64,000 bases of DNA from Cenarchaeum sp. (GCA_963692915.1 OY843584.1:960001-1024000), one strand, 5' to 3'. Positions 9,433 through 19,904 are shown, counted from the stretch's first letter. Translations and numbers: made by a program. Notes: a model not told the origin generated them from the sequence alone.

Positions 9433-9917
9433 GATTGTGGCACCTCGGAGTCTATGGCAGACTTTATCGCCGCAATGTCGTTCTTTACGCGAAGGTGCGC
9501 GCCTTCGAGGCGCTCCTGCGGCGGGAATGACTCAGCCGAGGACGGCACGTCAAGGCCAGCGTCGACTAGGCCCTTTAGGGCAGCGGCCATGCGCTGCGTG
9601 TAGCGACGCGTGCCGCTATAGAGTATCGCAGTGGCCGTGCCTCCGGCAGCGGCCCTCTTGCCGGCAAGGTATCCGGTCATGTAGGCTGCCGGGATGCTCT
9701 TGCGCGAGCCCTTCCAGCCCTTGCCTAGGAGAAAGCGCGAGTGGGCCGAGGCGACGACGAGGTCGCCGGTCATGCCTGCCTTGAGAACCTGCACCTGTGC
9801 GTTCTCGTTGGATATGTGAACGGTCACGAACGGCCTCTTGCCCATGAGCATGGCTCTGCGCTTGCGATAGTTGGTCTTCTCCTCGCGAAGCCTTCGAAGT
9901 ATCCTAGCGTGGCCCAT
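9429..9917 (-). CDS. rpl18: 50S ribosomal protein uL18
   Basis: REEKTNYRKR, SIPAAYMTGYL, LKGLVDAGL. Confidence 0.95.
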   Translation of the reverse strand: MGHARILRRLREEKTNYRKRRAMLMGKRPFVTVHISNENAQVQVLKAGMTGDLVVASAHSRFLLGKGWKGSRKSIPAAYMTGYLAGKRAAAGGTATAILYSGTRRYTQRMAAALKGLVDAGLDVPSSAESFPPQERLEGAHLRVKNDIAAIKSAIDSEVPQS

Positions 9918-10102
9918 TACGAGACGCGCGTGCCCAATCTGCTCTTTTTAAGCCTACCCCGCCATGGGAGCGCGACCCCCATGGGGCCGACTAGACAGGC
10001 GCAGCCTCACCCTGCCCATTTGCCACGGCATGCCCGCAGTGCCGGCCACACCTCACCGATCCACGTGTCCTGAGCCCCAGACTGGATGTCTCCCAGAGCC
10101 AG

Positions 10103-10507
10103 TCAGGGCACACGCGAGACGTGCATGTGGGCAACCTTCCAGGAGCCCTCCCTGACGAGCGCAAACGTTGCGCGCGAGACTGTCGTGACGTGCTCGCCGC
10201 TAAACGTCTTGTTGTCGACTAGCATCCCGCTCTGCTCCAGCGTAAAGGCGGCCACGGCCATGTCCCCACGGGAGATAACACGCTCGTCGCGCACGCGATA
10301 GTCATAGTCCGATATGGCCGCCAGGCGCATCTCGGCGAGCACCGAGGTCGTCTCGGCGTCATGCATGCCATACGGCGGCACGTCAGCAAAGCTCGAGAAT
10401 GCGGAATCGTCGGCATGCATGAGGCGCATCGCCGCAAAGTCCCTTGACTTGCCCGCATCAAGGTACGCGCGCACGGCATCCATGACGGCACCCTCCTCTG
10501 TGACCAT
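10103..10507 (-). CDS. NTF2/SnoaL-like (DUF4440) protein
   Basis: C-terminal RATFALVREGSWKVAHMHVS pattern. Confidence 0.75.
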   Translation of the reverse strand: MVTEEGAVMDAVRAYLDAGKSRDFAAMRLMHADDSAFSSFADVPPYGMHDAETTSVLAEMRLAAISDYDYRVRDERVISRGDMAVAAFTLEQSGMLVDNKTFSGEHVTTVSRATFALVREGSWKVAHMHVSRVP

Positions 10508-10605
10508 GTCTCGCGTGGCGCTTCATCAGGGTTAAATCTCTAGCTTGCGCGCCACTCCCCATGGGCGCGTTGGGTTAAATAGTTGCGCGGGTTGGTGGCG
10601 AATCC

Positions 10606-11760
10606 ATGAGGCATGACGTAGTCGTCGCCGGCGGGAGCATTGCAGGCCTCCTGTGCGCAAGGGAGGTGGCACGTCAAGGCCACAGCGTCATGGTGGTAGA
10701 GCGTAATGGTGAGATAGGGTCACCTGACCACTGCGGCGGACTCGTCAGCGCCGATGCGCTAGATTCCCTCGGCGTGGGTGGCATGCAAGAGTATGTCGGC
10801 AACGCAATAGAGCGCGCAGTCGTTTGCTCTCCCGGTGGGCAGAGTTTTGAGATCTGTGTTGGAAGTAGCGTTGTGGAGCTGAGCCGGCGTGCACTTGACA
10901 GGAGGATCGCACGCGAGGCTCAGGACTGTGGGGCACACATCCGCACGTCTGTGCGCTGCACGGGAACAGGTGACGGCACCATCCACACTAGCGCAGGGGA
11001 CATTGCGTGCAAGGTCATAGTGGACGCCACGGGCATCGCCTCGCTCGTCTCCAGGGGAATGCGCGACGGCGTTGTGGCCTCGGCGCAGGCCGAGGTTCTC
11101 GCTCCGTGGATAGAGCATGGACGCGTCGAGATCATGCTTGACGCAGCGAGATATCCCGGATTTTTTGCGTGGGTCATAGCGTCAGAGGACGGGCGCGGCA
11201 AGGTTGGCGTCGCCGGCTCTGGCATCGACGCCACAGGCACGCTGCGCTCACTGCTCGACTCGAGGGGGACGCACTCGGAGCTCAGGACGGTCAGCGCGCC
11301 CATATGGGTCGGGGGGCACGCCGGCGAGTTTGTCGACGGGCAGACCGTGTACGCAGGCGATGCCGCAGGCCAGACAAAGCCGACGACTGCAGGCGGGATA
11401 CTCTCTGGCGGCATGGGCGGCATAATGGCCGGCGCGGCAATATCCTCGTTCCTCGAGTCCGGCGACCCCTCAGACCTTGGCGCATATCGCGGCACGTGGG
11501 AGGCCATGTTTGGGGCAGAGTTTGGCAGGCAGCTCCTCGCGCGCCGCGTCCTGGGCGCCCTGGACAACGCCGCCCTTGATGCGCTCGTGGGAGCCGTGAC
11601 GCCGGGGGTCGCAGCATCAGTGGCAGAGGCGGGCAGCTTTGACTTTCATGCCGGCGCCATAGCGAGGATCCTGGGCGCCAGGGGCGCAATAGGCCTGCTC
11701 AAAAGGCTCCCGGCAGCCGACGTGGCTCGCCTCATGGCCTCTATGGCCGGCAAACTATAA
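10606..11760 (+). CDS. Geranylgeranyl reductase family FAD-dependent oxidoreductase
   Basis: DVVVAGGSIAG, CGG, VDATG, GDAAGQTKPTTAGGI. Confidence 0.88.
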   Translation: MRHDVVVAGGSIAGLLCAREVARQGHSVMVVERNGEIGSPDHCGGLVSADALDSLGVGGMQEYVGNAIERAVVCSPGGQSFEICVGSSVVELSRRALDRRIAREAQDCGAHIRTSVRCTGTGDGTIHTSAGDIACKVIVDATGIASLVSRGMRDGVVASAQAEVLAPWIEHGRVEIMLDAARYPGFFAWVIASEDGRGKVGVAGSGIDATGTLRSLLDSRGTHSELRTVSAPIWVGGHAGEFVDGQTVYAGDAAGQTKPTTAGGILSGGMGGIMAGAAISSFLESGDPSDLGAYRGTWEAMFGAEFGRQLLARRVLGALDNAALDALVGAVTPGVAASVAEAGSFDFHAGAIARILGARGAIGLLKRLPAADVARLMASMAGKL

Positions 11761-11785
11761 ATCTCCACGCGCGCGGGGTGCGACC

Positions 11786-11968
11786 ATGTCGTCGCTGTCG
11801 CTGCCCGTGTGCAGTTGCTGCCATAGGCACATCATGCCAAATGACAAGTGCGTAAAGTTTAGCTGCCCCGAGTGCGGAAACGAGGCCGCAACGATCTGGC
11901 GCTGCCAGAGCTGCCGCGAGGCGGCCACGCCGTACAAGTGCACAGCATGCGGCTTTGAGGGACCCTGA
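11786..11968 (+). CDS. Small Zn-finger protein (DUF1610)
   Basis: CSCC, FSCPECG, IWRCQSCR, YKCTACGFEGP; standard neighbour of EF-1beta. Confidence 0.92.
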   Translation: MSSLSLPVCSCCHRHIMPNDKCVKFSCPECGNEAATIWRCQSCREAATPYKCTACGFEGP

Positions 11969-11974
11969 AGAGCC

Positions 11975-12256
11975 ATGGCAAAGCTGGTCATAGCCGCAAA
12001 GATACTCCCGACGGACATCGATGTAGACCTCGATGGCCTAGCCACCGGCATAGGCGGTGCGCTCAAGGACGGCATAACGATGAAGAGGCACGTAAAGGAG
12101 CCGATCGCCTTTGGCCTGTTTGCGCTAAAGGCCGAGTTTGTCTGTGAGGACAGAGAGGGCCAGATGGACTCACTCGAGTCATCCGTGAGGTCAGTCAACG
12201 GAGTGAGCGAGTTTGAGGTGCTAAATATGAGCCGCTCCTCGGTGGAGATGAAGTAG
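11975..12256 (+). CDS. ef1b: Translation elongation factor aEF-1beta
   Basis: [10 protein letters not shown] motif. Confidence 0.93.
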   Translation: MAKLVIAAKILPTDIDVDLDGLATGIGGALKDGITMKRHVKEPIAFGLFALKAEFVCEDREGQMDSLESSVRSVNGVSEFEVLNMSRSSVEMK

Positions 12257-12265
12257 GGTTCTGCA

Positions 12266-14440
12266 TTGGCACGCAAGCCAGGCGAGCCGCTGTCCATGAA
12301 GATAGGCGAGGCAAAACAGCGAGATGTTGGAAAAAAGCGCGCACGCATAGGGCCTGACGCAATGGACTACCTCGGTGTCACGCCGGGCGACTTTATCGAG
12401 ATATCTGGAACAAAGTCCAGCTGCGCAATTGTGTGGCCCGCAGACGAGGACGAGCGATCCCCGGAGGTCATCAGGGTTGATGGCCAGATGCGCAAGAACA
12501 TTGGCGCAGCGCACAGTGAGATGGTTCGTGTCAGCAAGGGCACGGCAAAGACGGCGCGCATGGTGGAGATTATGCCGGCCAATGACGCGATAACAGTTGA
12601 TGCCGAGTTTACCGACTTTGTCAGGAGCCGCATATCCGGAATGCCGCTGATTCAGGGAGACGAGGTGTCCGTGATGGTTCTAGGCAACACCATAGCCTTC
12701 AAGGTCAGCAAGGTCATGCCAAAGGGCATGGTGGAGATCGACAAGACAACTGCAATAAACATACTCACAGAGACTGCACGTGACAAAAAACCGCACGTCA
12801 CGTACGAGGAGGTCGGCGGGCTTGGCGCCGAGATAAAGGCAATGCGCGAGATAGTCGAGCTTCCGCTGCGCCATCCCGAGCTCTTTGCGAGACTCGGCGT
12901 GGAGGCCAACAGCGGCGTGCTCCTCTACGGGCCGCCGGGGTGCGGCAAGACGCTGATCGCAAAGGTTCTAGCAAGCGAGTCAGATGCCAACATGTACCTC
13001 ATAAACGGGCCGGAGATTATGAACAAGTACTATGGCGAGACTGAGGCGCGCCTGCGCGACATATTCAAGGACGCAAAGACCAACGCGCCGAGCATAATAT
13101 TCATCGACGAGATCGACGCCATTGCGCCAAAGCGCGAGGATGTCTATGGCGACGTCGAAAAGCGCGTCGTCGCACAGCTCCTGGCCCTCATGGACGGCCT
13201 GACTGACAGGGGCAATGTGATAGTCCTTGGCGCAACGAACAGGCAGGACAGCGTGGATCCCGCACTGAGGCGTCCCGGCAGGTTTGACCGCGAGGTCGAG
13301 ATATCCGTTCCCAACGAGGACGGGCGACTCGAGATACTCCAGATACACACGCGCGGCATGCCAGTTGACACGGGGTTTGACATTAAAGAGATGGCATCTG
13401 CGCTCCACGGGTACACTGGGGCGGACATAAAGTCGCTGTGCAGAGAGACGGCCATAAAGGCGATAAGGAGGTACCTGCCAGACATTGACCTCGAGACCGA
13501 GCAGATACCTTCCGGTGTCCTCCAGGCAATGCGCATAAAGACAATTGACTTTTACGATGCGATGCGCGAGGTGGTTCCCACGGCGATGCGCGAGTTTTAC
13601 GTCGAGCGGCCAAAGGTGTGGTGGGTCGACGTAGGTGGACTAGGGAACGCAAAGCACACACTGCAGGAGAACGTCATACGCGCAATGTGCGAGCCCGAAA
13701 AGTTCACGAGCATGGGCGTTAGGCCACCGCACGGCGTGCTCATATACGGGCCGCCGGGCTGCGGCAAGACAATGCTCGCGCGTGCGCTAGCCGCCGAGAG
13801 CGGCGCGAACATGATAGTCGTAAAGGGTCCGGAGATACTCTCAAAGTGGATCGGCGAGTCCGAAAAGGCAATACGCGAGATATTTCGCAAGGCCGTGGCT
13901 TCTGCGCCATGCGTGATCATACTCGACGAGCTCGACGCGCTAGCGCGCCACAGGGATGGTGGGGACGGTGGCTATGGCGACACAATCCTAAGCCAGCTGC
14001 TCACGGAGATAGAGGACAGCCCTGCTGCAAGCGTCGTGGTAGTCGGAATCACCAGCCGGCCGGATCTCCTTGACGGCTCGCTTTTGAGAACCGGTCGCCT
14101 CGACCTCTCTGTATACACTCCTCCGCCAGACGAGGCCGGAAGGCTAGAGATCATGGAGATCCTCTCGCGAAAGATGCCCCTTGATGATGACGTCAACCTC
14201 GGCGAGGTGTCCATGATCACCAGGGGGTGCTCGGGCGCCGACCTCGCCGCGCTGTGCAGGGAGGCCGCCGTGGCGGCAATCCAGCGCAACTCCAAAAAGA
14301 TCGGCGGGCAGGACATCACAGCCGGACTAAAGCGCATAAACCCCTCAATAACCGGAGATGTCGACAAGTGGTACGAGTCGATGAAGGAAAAGATCACCAA
14401 CGCCGTGCCAAATACGCATGACAGGGAGATATACGGTTAG
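12266..14440 (+). CDS. cdc48: CDC48/VCP family AAA+ ATPase
   Basis: N domain; two GPPGCGKT Walker A motifs; IDEID and LDELD Walker B; RPGRFD. Confidence 0.96.
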   Translation: MARKPGEPLSMKIGEAKQRDVGKKRARIGPDAMDYLGVTPGDFIEISGTKSSCAIVWPADEDERSPEVIRVDGQMRKNIGAAHSEMVRVSKGTAKTARMVEIMPANDAITVDAEFTDFVRSRISGMPLIQGDEVSVMVLGNTIAFKVSKVMPKGMVEIDKTTAINILTETARDKKPHVTYEEVGGLGAEIKAMREIVELPLRHPELFARLGVEANSGVLLYGPPGCGKTLIAKVLASESDANMYLINGPEIMNKYYGETEARLRDIFKDAKTNAPSIIFIDEIDAIAPKREDVYGDVEKRVVAQLLALMDGLTDRGNVIVLGATNRQDSVDPALRRPGRFDREVEISVPNEDGRLEILQIHTRGMPVDTGFDIKEMASALHGYTGADIKSLCRETAIKAIRRYLPDIDLETEQIPSGVLQAMRIKTIDFYDAMREVVPTAMREFYVERPKVWWVDVGGLGNAKHTLQENVIRAMCEPEKFTSMGVRPPHGVLIYGPPGCGKTMLARALAAESGANMIVVKGPEILSKWIGESEKAIREIFRKAVASAPCVIILDELDALARHRDGGDGGYGDTILSQLLTEIEDSPAASVVVVGITSRPDLLDGSLLRTGRLDLSVYTPPPDEAGRLEIMEILSRKMPLDDDVNLGEVSMITRGCSGADLAALCREAAVAAIQRNSKKIGGQDITAGLKRINPSITGDVDKWYESMKEKITNAVPNTHDREIYG

Positions 14441-14442
14441 CC

Positions 14443-14727
14443 ATGGCCATTCCCCTGCGAAACACCATAGTCGAAAAGGTCACCTCGCACGGCACGCTGA
14501 CTGACTCGGAGCTCACAAAAATGCTTGCAAAGGACGACATAGACTTCACGCCGGCCACGATCGAAAAGGCGCTTCTTGACCTAGAGATACTCGGTCTCAT
14601 ATCCGTCTCCGTGCTCGCAAAGGGCACTAGGAGGATAGAGGCCGTGGTGGCCGACGAGGATGCAGTGGAGGACGAGTCTACGCGCGAGCATGACTATGAG
14701 GCAAGCTTTCCAAATGTCGATGGCTAG
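14443..14727 (+). CDS. Small winged-helix protein downstream of cdc48
   Basis: LLDLEILGLISV wHTH-like segment; acidic tail ending YEASFP. Confidence 0.75.
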   Translation: MAIPLRNTIVEKVTSHGTLTDSELTKMLAKDDIDFTPATIEKALLDLEILGLISVSVLAKGTRRIEAVVADEDAVEDESTREHDYEASFPNVDG

Positions 14728-15602
14728 ATTCTAAAGTGGAACGCAGCGTCGAGGGCGACTGCGATGAATATTATGGTGAGGTATGGCGCAGTCACCTTGT
14801 AGGCCTTCCACGCAAACTCTGGGGTCGGATCGCGCGTAAGGCGATAGTGGTACGCAAGCATTAGTCCACCAGAGGCAGCAGCTATTGCCATGTAGACAAG
14901 GCCGAGGCCTGCCGCATACAGCGCAAGGGAGTAGGGCAGGAGTATTGCCGTGTTGGCGAGTATGTACCTCGATGTCCTGTGCATGCCGATCGTAACAGGG
15001 AGCATCGGGACGCGTGCGGCAGCATACTCGTCCCTTATCTTCATCGCGAGGCACCAAAAGTGCGACGGTGTCCACACAAACACCAAAAACCCGACGAGAA
15101 ACCCCAATAGATCCATCGAACCAGTCGCGCCTGCCCATCCGGCCATTGCCGCGCAGCTTCCGGCAAACCCGCCAATGACAATATTGCTAGAGTTTAGGCG
15201 CTTTAGCCATATTGTGTATATGACAACGTAAAAGAATATGCCAAGCGCGACAAATAGAGCTGATGCGATATTGAGCGCAATGGCCGCATAGATGACAGAG
15301 AATGAGCTTGTCGCCAGGCCATACACGAGTGCCACGCCTGAGCCGATCCGCCCTGACGGTATGGGCCGCGAGCTCGTGCGGCGCATCAACGGGTCAATGT
15401 CACGGTCGTAATAGTGGTTTAGCGCGCTAGAGCCGGCTGACGCGAGCGCGCCGGCGACGATGATGTGGACATATAGCCACACGCCAGGCTCGGAGGCAGG
15501 CGTGCCCAGGACGCCTCCGGCATACATCGAGGTGACAGCGGTGATCACCAGGAGGACGACTATGCGCGGCTTTGATATCTCGTAAATCTCCCTGAGGGCC
15601 AA
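14724..15602 (-). CDS. cyoE: Protoheme IX farnesyltransferase (heme O synthase)
   Basis: KPRIV, NHYYDRDIDPLMRRTSSRPIPSG, WTPSHFW. Start estimated at TTG 15602, about 30 bp after a TATA-like TATTAAA. Confidence 0.93.
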   Translation of the reverse strand: MALREIYEISKPRIVVLLVITAVTSMYAGGVLGTPASEPGVWLYVHIIVAGALASAGSSALNHYYDRDIDPLMRRTSSRPIPSGRIGSGVALVYGLATSSFSVIYAAIALNIASALFVALGIFFYVVIYTIWLKRLNSSNIVIGGFAGSCAAMAGWAGATGSMDLLGFLVGFLVFVWTPSHFWCLAMKIRDEYAAARVPMLPVTIGMHRTSRYILANTAILLPYSLALYAAGLGLVYMAIAAASGGLMLAYHYRLTRDPTPEFAWKAYKVTAPYLTIIFIAVALDAAFHFRI

Positions 15603-15790
15603 TTCTGGCAGGGCGTGCACGCGCGTCTGATTTAATACCTTTGGCGCGCCGGTGCGCGTGCACCGGCGGTGCCTGGCAGCATGGCCGGCGTTCTGGCCAT
15701 TTGGCCCCGTCGCAGGCCACGTCCGGCGCGCAGTATGACCCATATGCCTACAAAAGGATTAAGTACGCTGTTCAAGCGGCCACGGCGCAG

Positions 15791-16603
15791 ATGAGCAACT
15801 GGGATCTCATGATGCCGGGTATGGGGCTCACGTCGATCGGCCTTGCAGGCGTCACGGTCTCCTATTCGGGCATAGCCCACACCTTTATCGACGGCATGCA
15901 TGCGCTGACTGGCCTGACGATGTTCATCGGCCTCATATTTCTCGCCGCCGGCATACTCGAGGGGGGCGTCTCGACGAGCAACAGGGCAAAGGCCACGGTT
16001 CTCGTCGTCGCCTCGATATCGCTGGCATTTGGCATGTTTGCCTTTACGCTAAACACCGTGAGCACGACGGCGACGTTTGCGGGCATACTAGTCGGCATTG
16101 CGTTTCCGGCGATCATGCTCGCATACGTGATCACAAAGATGCCAATGTATGCCAGGCCCGTGGGCACGATATTTGGGCTGGCCGCCGCGACCGGAATAAT
16201 CGCATTTGTCGCCTTTGGCCTCGTCTCGCCAGACACGTACCTCATCAACGAGGAGGAGGACGTGGCAGAGCCTGACGTGCCAGATGCTGCGCCCGCACAG
16301 CCTGATGCGCCAATTGTGGACATTTCCATATTGGAGGGCTCGGCAGTCTCAGGGGCGCCAGACTATGATCCTGACTCGATAGACGTCGAGCGCGGCAGTG
16401 TCATACGCTGGACAAACGACGACTCTATGCTGCACACCGTGACGAGTGACGGTGACTTTGGAGAGACGTTTGACTCTAGCCTCATGAACGCCGGAGAGGT
16501 GTTTAGCCTCAACACTGCCACACTAGAGCCTGGAGCGTATGAGTATATCTGCGTGGTTCATCCGTGGATGCAGTCAAGCTTTGCCATAGTCGACGGCAGC
16601 TAG
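15791..16603 (+). CDS. Membrane-bound blue copper (cupredoxin) protein
   Basis: About five N-terminal TM helices; WTNDD..HTVTS and CVVHPWM type-1 Cu ligands. Confidence 0.9.
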   Translation: MSNWDLMMPGMGLTSIGLAGVTVSYSGIAHTFIDGMHALTGLTMFIGLIFLAAGILEGGVSTSNRAKATVLVVASISLAFGMFAFTLNTVSTTATFAGILVGIAFPAIMLAYVITKMPMYARPVGTIFGLAAATGIIAFVAFGLVSPDTYLINEEEDVAEPDVPDAAPAQPDAPIVDISILEGSAVSGAPDYDPDSIDVERGSVIRWTNDDSMLHTVTSDGDFGETFDSSLMNAGEVFSLNTATLEPGAYEYICVVHPWMQSSFAIVDGS

Positions 16604-16759
16604 CAGGGCACCTGGCCATCGCAGAATAGGCGCGCATCCTCTGCCCACGTGGCATCGTTGATGGTTGTGCGTGTGCATGGCGTGCCCAATGTGCGGCATA
16701 TTCAGGCCAAATGCGCCACAGGGATAAAATAAAACCACATTGCCGCCAGAGGCAGAGAC

Positions 16760-17182
16760 TTGGAACCCCATGGAACCATCATAATGACCGCAGGACAGTT
16801 CGACGAGCTTGCCGACCATGCGGCAAGCTGCATGCCCAATGAGTCATGCGCGCTCTTGATCGGGCGATATGTTGCGAGAGACGCCGTGGTCGAAAAGGTC
16901 GAAGTCGTGAAAAACATTGACGCAAGGCCAGAGAGGCAGTTTAGCGTGGGGGCCGAAGAGCTCATCAGTCACTATAGGAAGGCAGAGAGTGGCGGAGCCG
17001 AGGTGGTCGGCATATTCCACAGCCATCCCACCTCTGGCATGCATCCCTCGCCCACAGACGAGCGCTACATGGAGGTAAACCCCGTCGCGTGGGTCATATA
17101 CTCGGTTCGCGATGACGATTTTTGCGCGTATGTCCGAGACGGCCATGGCAAGAGCATCGAGGTCGGCCTCGGCATGGCCTAG
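16760..17182 (+). CDS. JAMM/MPN+ (Mov34) metalloprotease
   Basis: PNESC...HSHPTSGMHPSPTD (E, HxH, S, D motif). Confidence 0.9.
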   Translation: MEPHGTIIMTAGQFDELADHAASCMPNESCALLIGRYVARDAVVEKVEVVKNIDARPERQFSVGAEELISHYRKAESGGAEVVGIFHSHPTSGMHPSPTDERYMEVNPVAWVIYSVRDDDFCAYVRDGHGKSIEVGLGMA

Positions 17183-17836
17183 CGCGGACGCGCGGACGCA
17201 AGAACCCACGACGGCAGGCCACCCCTCCGCACATATGGGATCTACGGACAACGCATCCAGGGAGACGAACATACGCGTGACAGAGCGGTCAGTCAAGAGT
17301 ATAACTTCCATATATTTACGATCAAGACACGTATCGGGAGGACTCCAATCGACCCGCTTGTATTTTTGGCGGTTTTTAGTGGTATTTGTGGCCTATTTCA
17401 AATGCATAATCAACTACTGAGATCTCTCCCACATATCACTGCCAATGCACAGGAGATCACTGACCATAATATTCGAGAACGCGGTATGGATCGCAGGCAT
17501 TTCATGTAGCATAAAATTGTTGAGTTTAGGAGACACGGGATTGTCGCAATATTCAAGATGCAAGGTAATCAAACCAATATGAAATTCAATGTGCATGTTA
17601 TGAACCTGTCATGTAATGACGGCGATTCTCATTGTGTCATCTTCTACGCCTCACCGTAGATGGCAATCATATTAACAGCTATTGTGTCGTGTTACTACAT
17701 ATGTCAAGATCCCACATGACCATAATAATCCACAATAGGAACGCCATGGTGACGAAATTCCAACATCACAACAAAGATTTATGCGTATCAGAAAACAGCC
17801 AGTAAGGACGATAGTGTCCAGAATGAATAAATGCTA

Positions 17837-18574
17837 TCAACTTAGAGCAATTTTGTGACGGGTGGAAAAACATTGATCAAGATTGTTCACATCTAATCGA
17901 AATCCAGTACCATGATCATGAATCTTGCCATCGTCACGTGTACCAATACGGATATCCACATAAATGATCCGGGCCGCGAGTAAATTTAAGAATTTTTTAA
18001 AGCTAAACCCCGATAGAACATACGCCTCATTAAAGAAAAACTCTTCGTTTGTTCCCGTGCCACGAGAATCTGCACGAACATAGAGAAGTCGACGCGGATA
18101 TTTGGTCGTGAATCTGTCTTCTAAAGATTTTTTGGTCCAATACGGTGTAGGAATATTAGCGTATGGGATTTTATGCACGAGCTTTATTGCGTCGGGCAAC
18201 ATTGATATTTTAAATCCTGGTTTTTCATATAATGAGTTAAAATCATGAGCGTCAACTGTAGTATGTAGAATTTTTTGGTTATGGTGTTCGCTGCTAGGCT
18301 TGCCGTAATACTCAACAAGTTTTCTGTTGACACCACGTGGAGATGGCGATTTAGTAAACAGTGTTAACATTCCAGCAGATTTCTTTCGTTTAGATTTTAA
18401 TTCAGTCTGATCTCCGTTAGGACCAGCGATGTTATTTTCCTTGATGCCTAGTAGTGACTCAAGAGTGGCTCCAACTCCGGTATTGCCAGACCGTACTGTC
18501 TTATGATACCCCTGTTTCTTGATTCGGCGGAGGTCATTCACAATATCCTCAAACTGTCGGAGTTCTGCCAACAC
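17837..18574 (-). CDS. MvaI/BcnI family type II restriction endonuclease
   Basis: GNTGVGATLESLLGIKENN, ELK, LTLFTKSP, VDIRIG, HDHGTGFR; AT-rich. Confidence 0.9.
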   Translation of the reverse strand: MLAELRQFEDIVNDLRRIKKQGYHKTVRSGNTGVGATLESLLGIKENNIAGPNGDQTELKSKRKKSAGMLTLFTKSPSPRGVNRKLVEYYGKPSSEHHNQKILHTTVDAHDFNSLYEKPGFKISMLPDAIKLVHKIPYANIPTPYWTKKSLEDRFTTKYPRRLLYVRADSRGTGTNEEFFFNEAYVLSGFSFKKFLNLLAARIIYVDIRIGTRDDGKIHDHGTGFRLDVNNLDQCFSTRHKIALS

Positions 18575-18581
18575 ACAGCGC

Positions 18582-19904
18582 TTAGTAGGACATGATAATA
18601 ACCATTTCCCTCGTCATCGTGGCACATGTATTATTAGTAATATTTTCAGGGGCGTTTTTGGACGGCAATACTTTGTTTGGTATAGTACGCGGGATCTGCA
18701 ATATCGTCTTTAGACCATATTTTTTCCCAAGCTCAATCGTTATTTGATCGGTGGGTATGCTCACACGCCTAACCGTCCTGTTGGCAACAACAAAACAGCA
18801 ATGACTTTTGCGAGGTACAAGATTAAGAGACAGTTCGTGCATGCACCGATCTAGATCATAAAAGAACGAATACACCTCATTAGCGCGATGAGGGTTATTG
18901 TTACGTGTAATCACAAGATCATTTTTATGTACTCTGTTTAACGTTTTGTTAAGTGTAGGAGAGTCCAGATCACCAAAATCACGTTTTGTGCCACCCAGAC
19001 CATTTCTATCCACATGCAACACATCATCTAGAGGAAGATCAAGCCAGAGTCCAAGATGACGAGAAAATTGTCCGTACGCCACAGTTGTTTTATGATCTCC
19101 ATACGGAGGAGATGTCACAACCAAATGCGCTTTTTTATTGTCTAAAATTCTGGATAGAGGCGAAAACTGACTCGTAATATCCTTTGAATCTCCGCACAGT
19201 GGATAAGCGGCGCCTTTGGGACAAGCAGCCACCAGATCATTCATGCGCAATATGTTCGACTCAGAGATCTTTTGGAATATTGGCAAAGGATCTGGAGCAA
19301 ATCGTTTGCGTTCATCAATTCCCATTCTGTGTAGTTTCCAAGAGCCATTTCTTTGATAGCTCACCTTACGCGAGGTCAGAGAAAAACAGATTTTAAAAAA
19401 ATCCCTAACATCAGCATCACGCAATCGAAATAAATGGTGTCTCAGCGCAACAAGAGCATTAAGTGTAGCACGATTATACCATCCAGGCAGGTCTAAATGC
19501 TCAGGAAGTTCATCCGAGTAGAGTGTTTTACGTGATTGATCAGCTCGTGACTTGGCCAGTATATTTTCCAATGTTTTCGAAAGGTTTTTGCGCACTGCTG
19601 TGGTCTTTACTTTAGAGAGAAGCACTGCAAACGGGTTGATGTCTATGCCAATCGCAGTATTTCCCCGCAATATGGCCTCTAGGAGCACACCGCCGGATCC
19701 CATAAATGGATCAAACACCACATCATATGGGTCTTTGGCATATTTGGTGATCACGCGGCGCGCTATTTCTGGATGCATACGGGCAGGGTAGAGGTGCATT
19801 GCGTGTGTGTACTTGGTAGTGCTCTTGTTCATAAATGTCCATTCTGGTCGTGGAGATGTATGTCCAGCGGAGCGAGGAAGCGTCTGTGCGATCAGGCTTG
19901 TCAA
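18582..19904 (-). CDS. DNA N4-cytosine methyltransferase (alpha group, M.MvaI-like)
   Basis: YPARM, DPFMGSG (motif I) before VTSPPY (motif IV), VANRTV; directly upstream of the REase. Confidence 0.9.
   Translation of the reverse strand: MTSLIAQTLPRSAGHTSPRPEWTFMNKSTTKYTHAMHLYPARMHPEIARRVITKYAKDPYDVVFDPFMGSGGVLLEAILRGNTAIGIDINPFAVLLSKVKTTAVRKNLSKTLENILAKSRADQSRKTLYSDELPEHLDLPGWYNRATLNALVALRHHLFRLRDADVRDFFKICFSLTSRKVSYQRNGSWKLHRMGIDERKRFAPDPLPIFQKISESNILRMNDLVAACPKGAAYPLCGDSKDITSQFSPLSRILDNKKAHLVVTSPPYGDHKTTVAYGQFSRHLGLWLDLPLDDVLHVDRNGLGGTKRDFGDLDSPTLNKTLNRVHKNDLVITRNNNPHRANEVYSFFYDLDRCMHELSLNLVPRKSHCCFVVANRTVRRVSIPTDQITIELGKKYGLKTILQIPRTIPNKVLPSKNAPENITNNTCATMTREMVIIMSY

Noticed and set aside
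9930-10100. Possible 5S rRNA upstream of rpl18
   Set aside because: No 5S conserved motifs or terminal helix found on either strand
16760-17182. JAMM protease as part of a CBASS or ubiquitin-like defence operon
   Set aside because: Host-like GC and no E1/E2, ThiS/SAMP or cyclase neighbours; likely housekeeping
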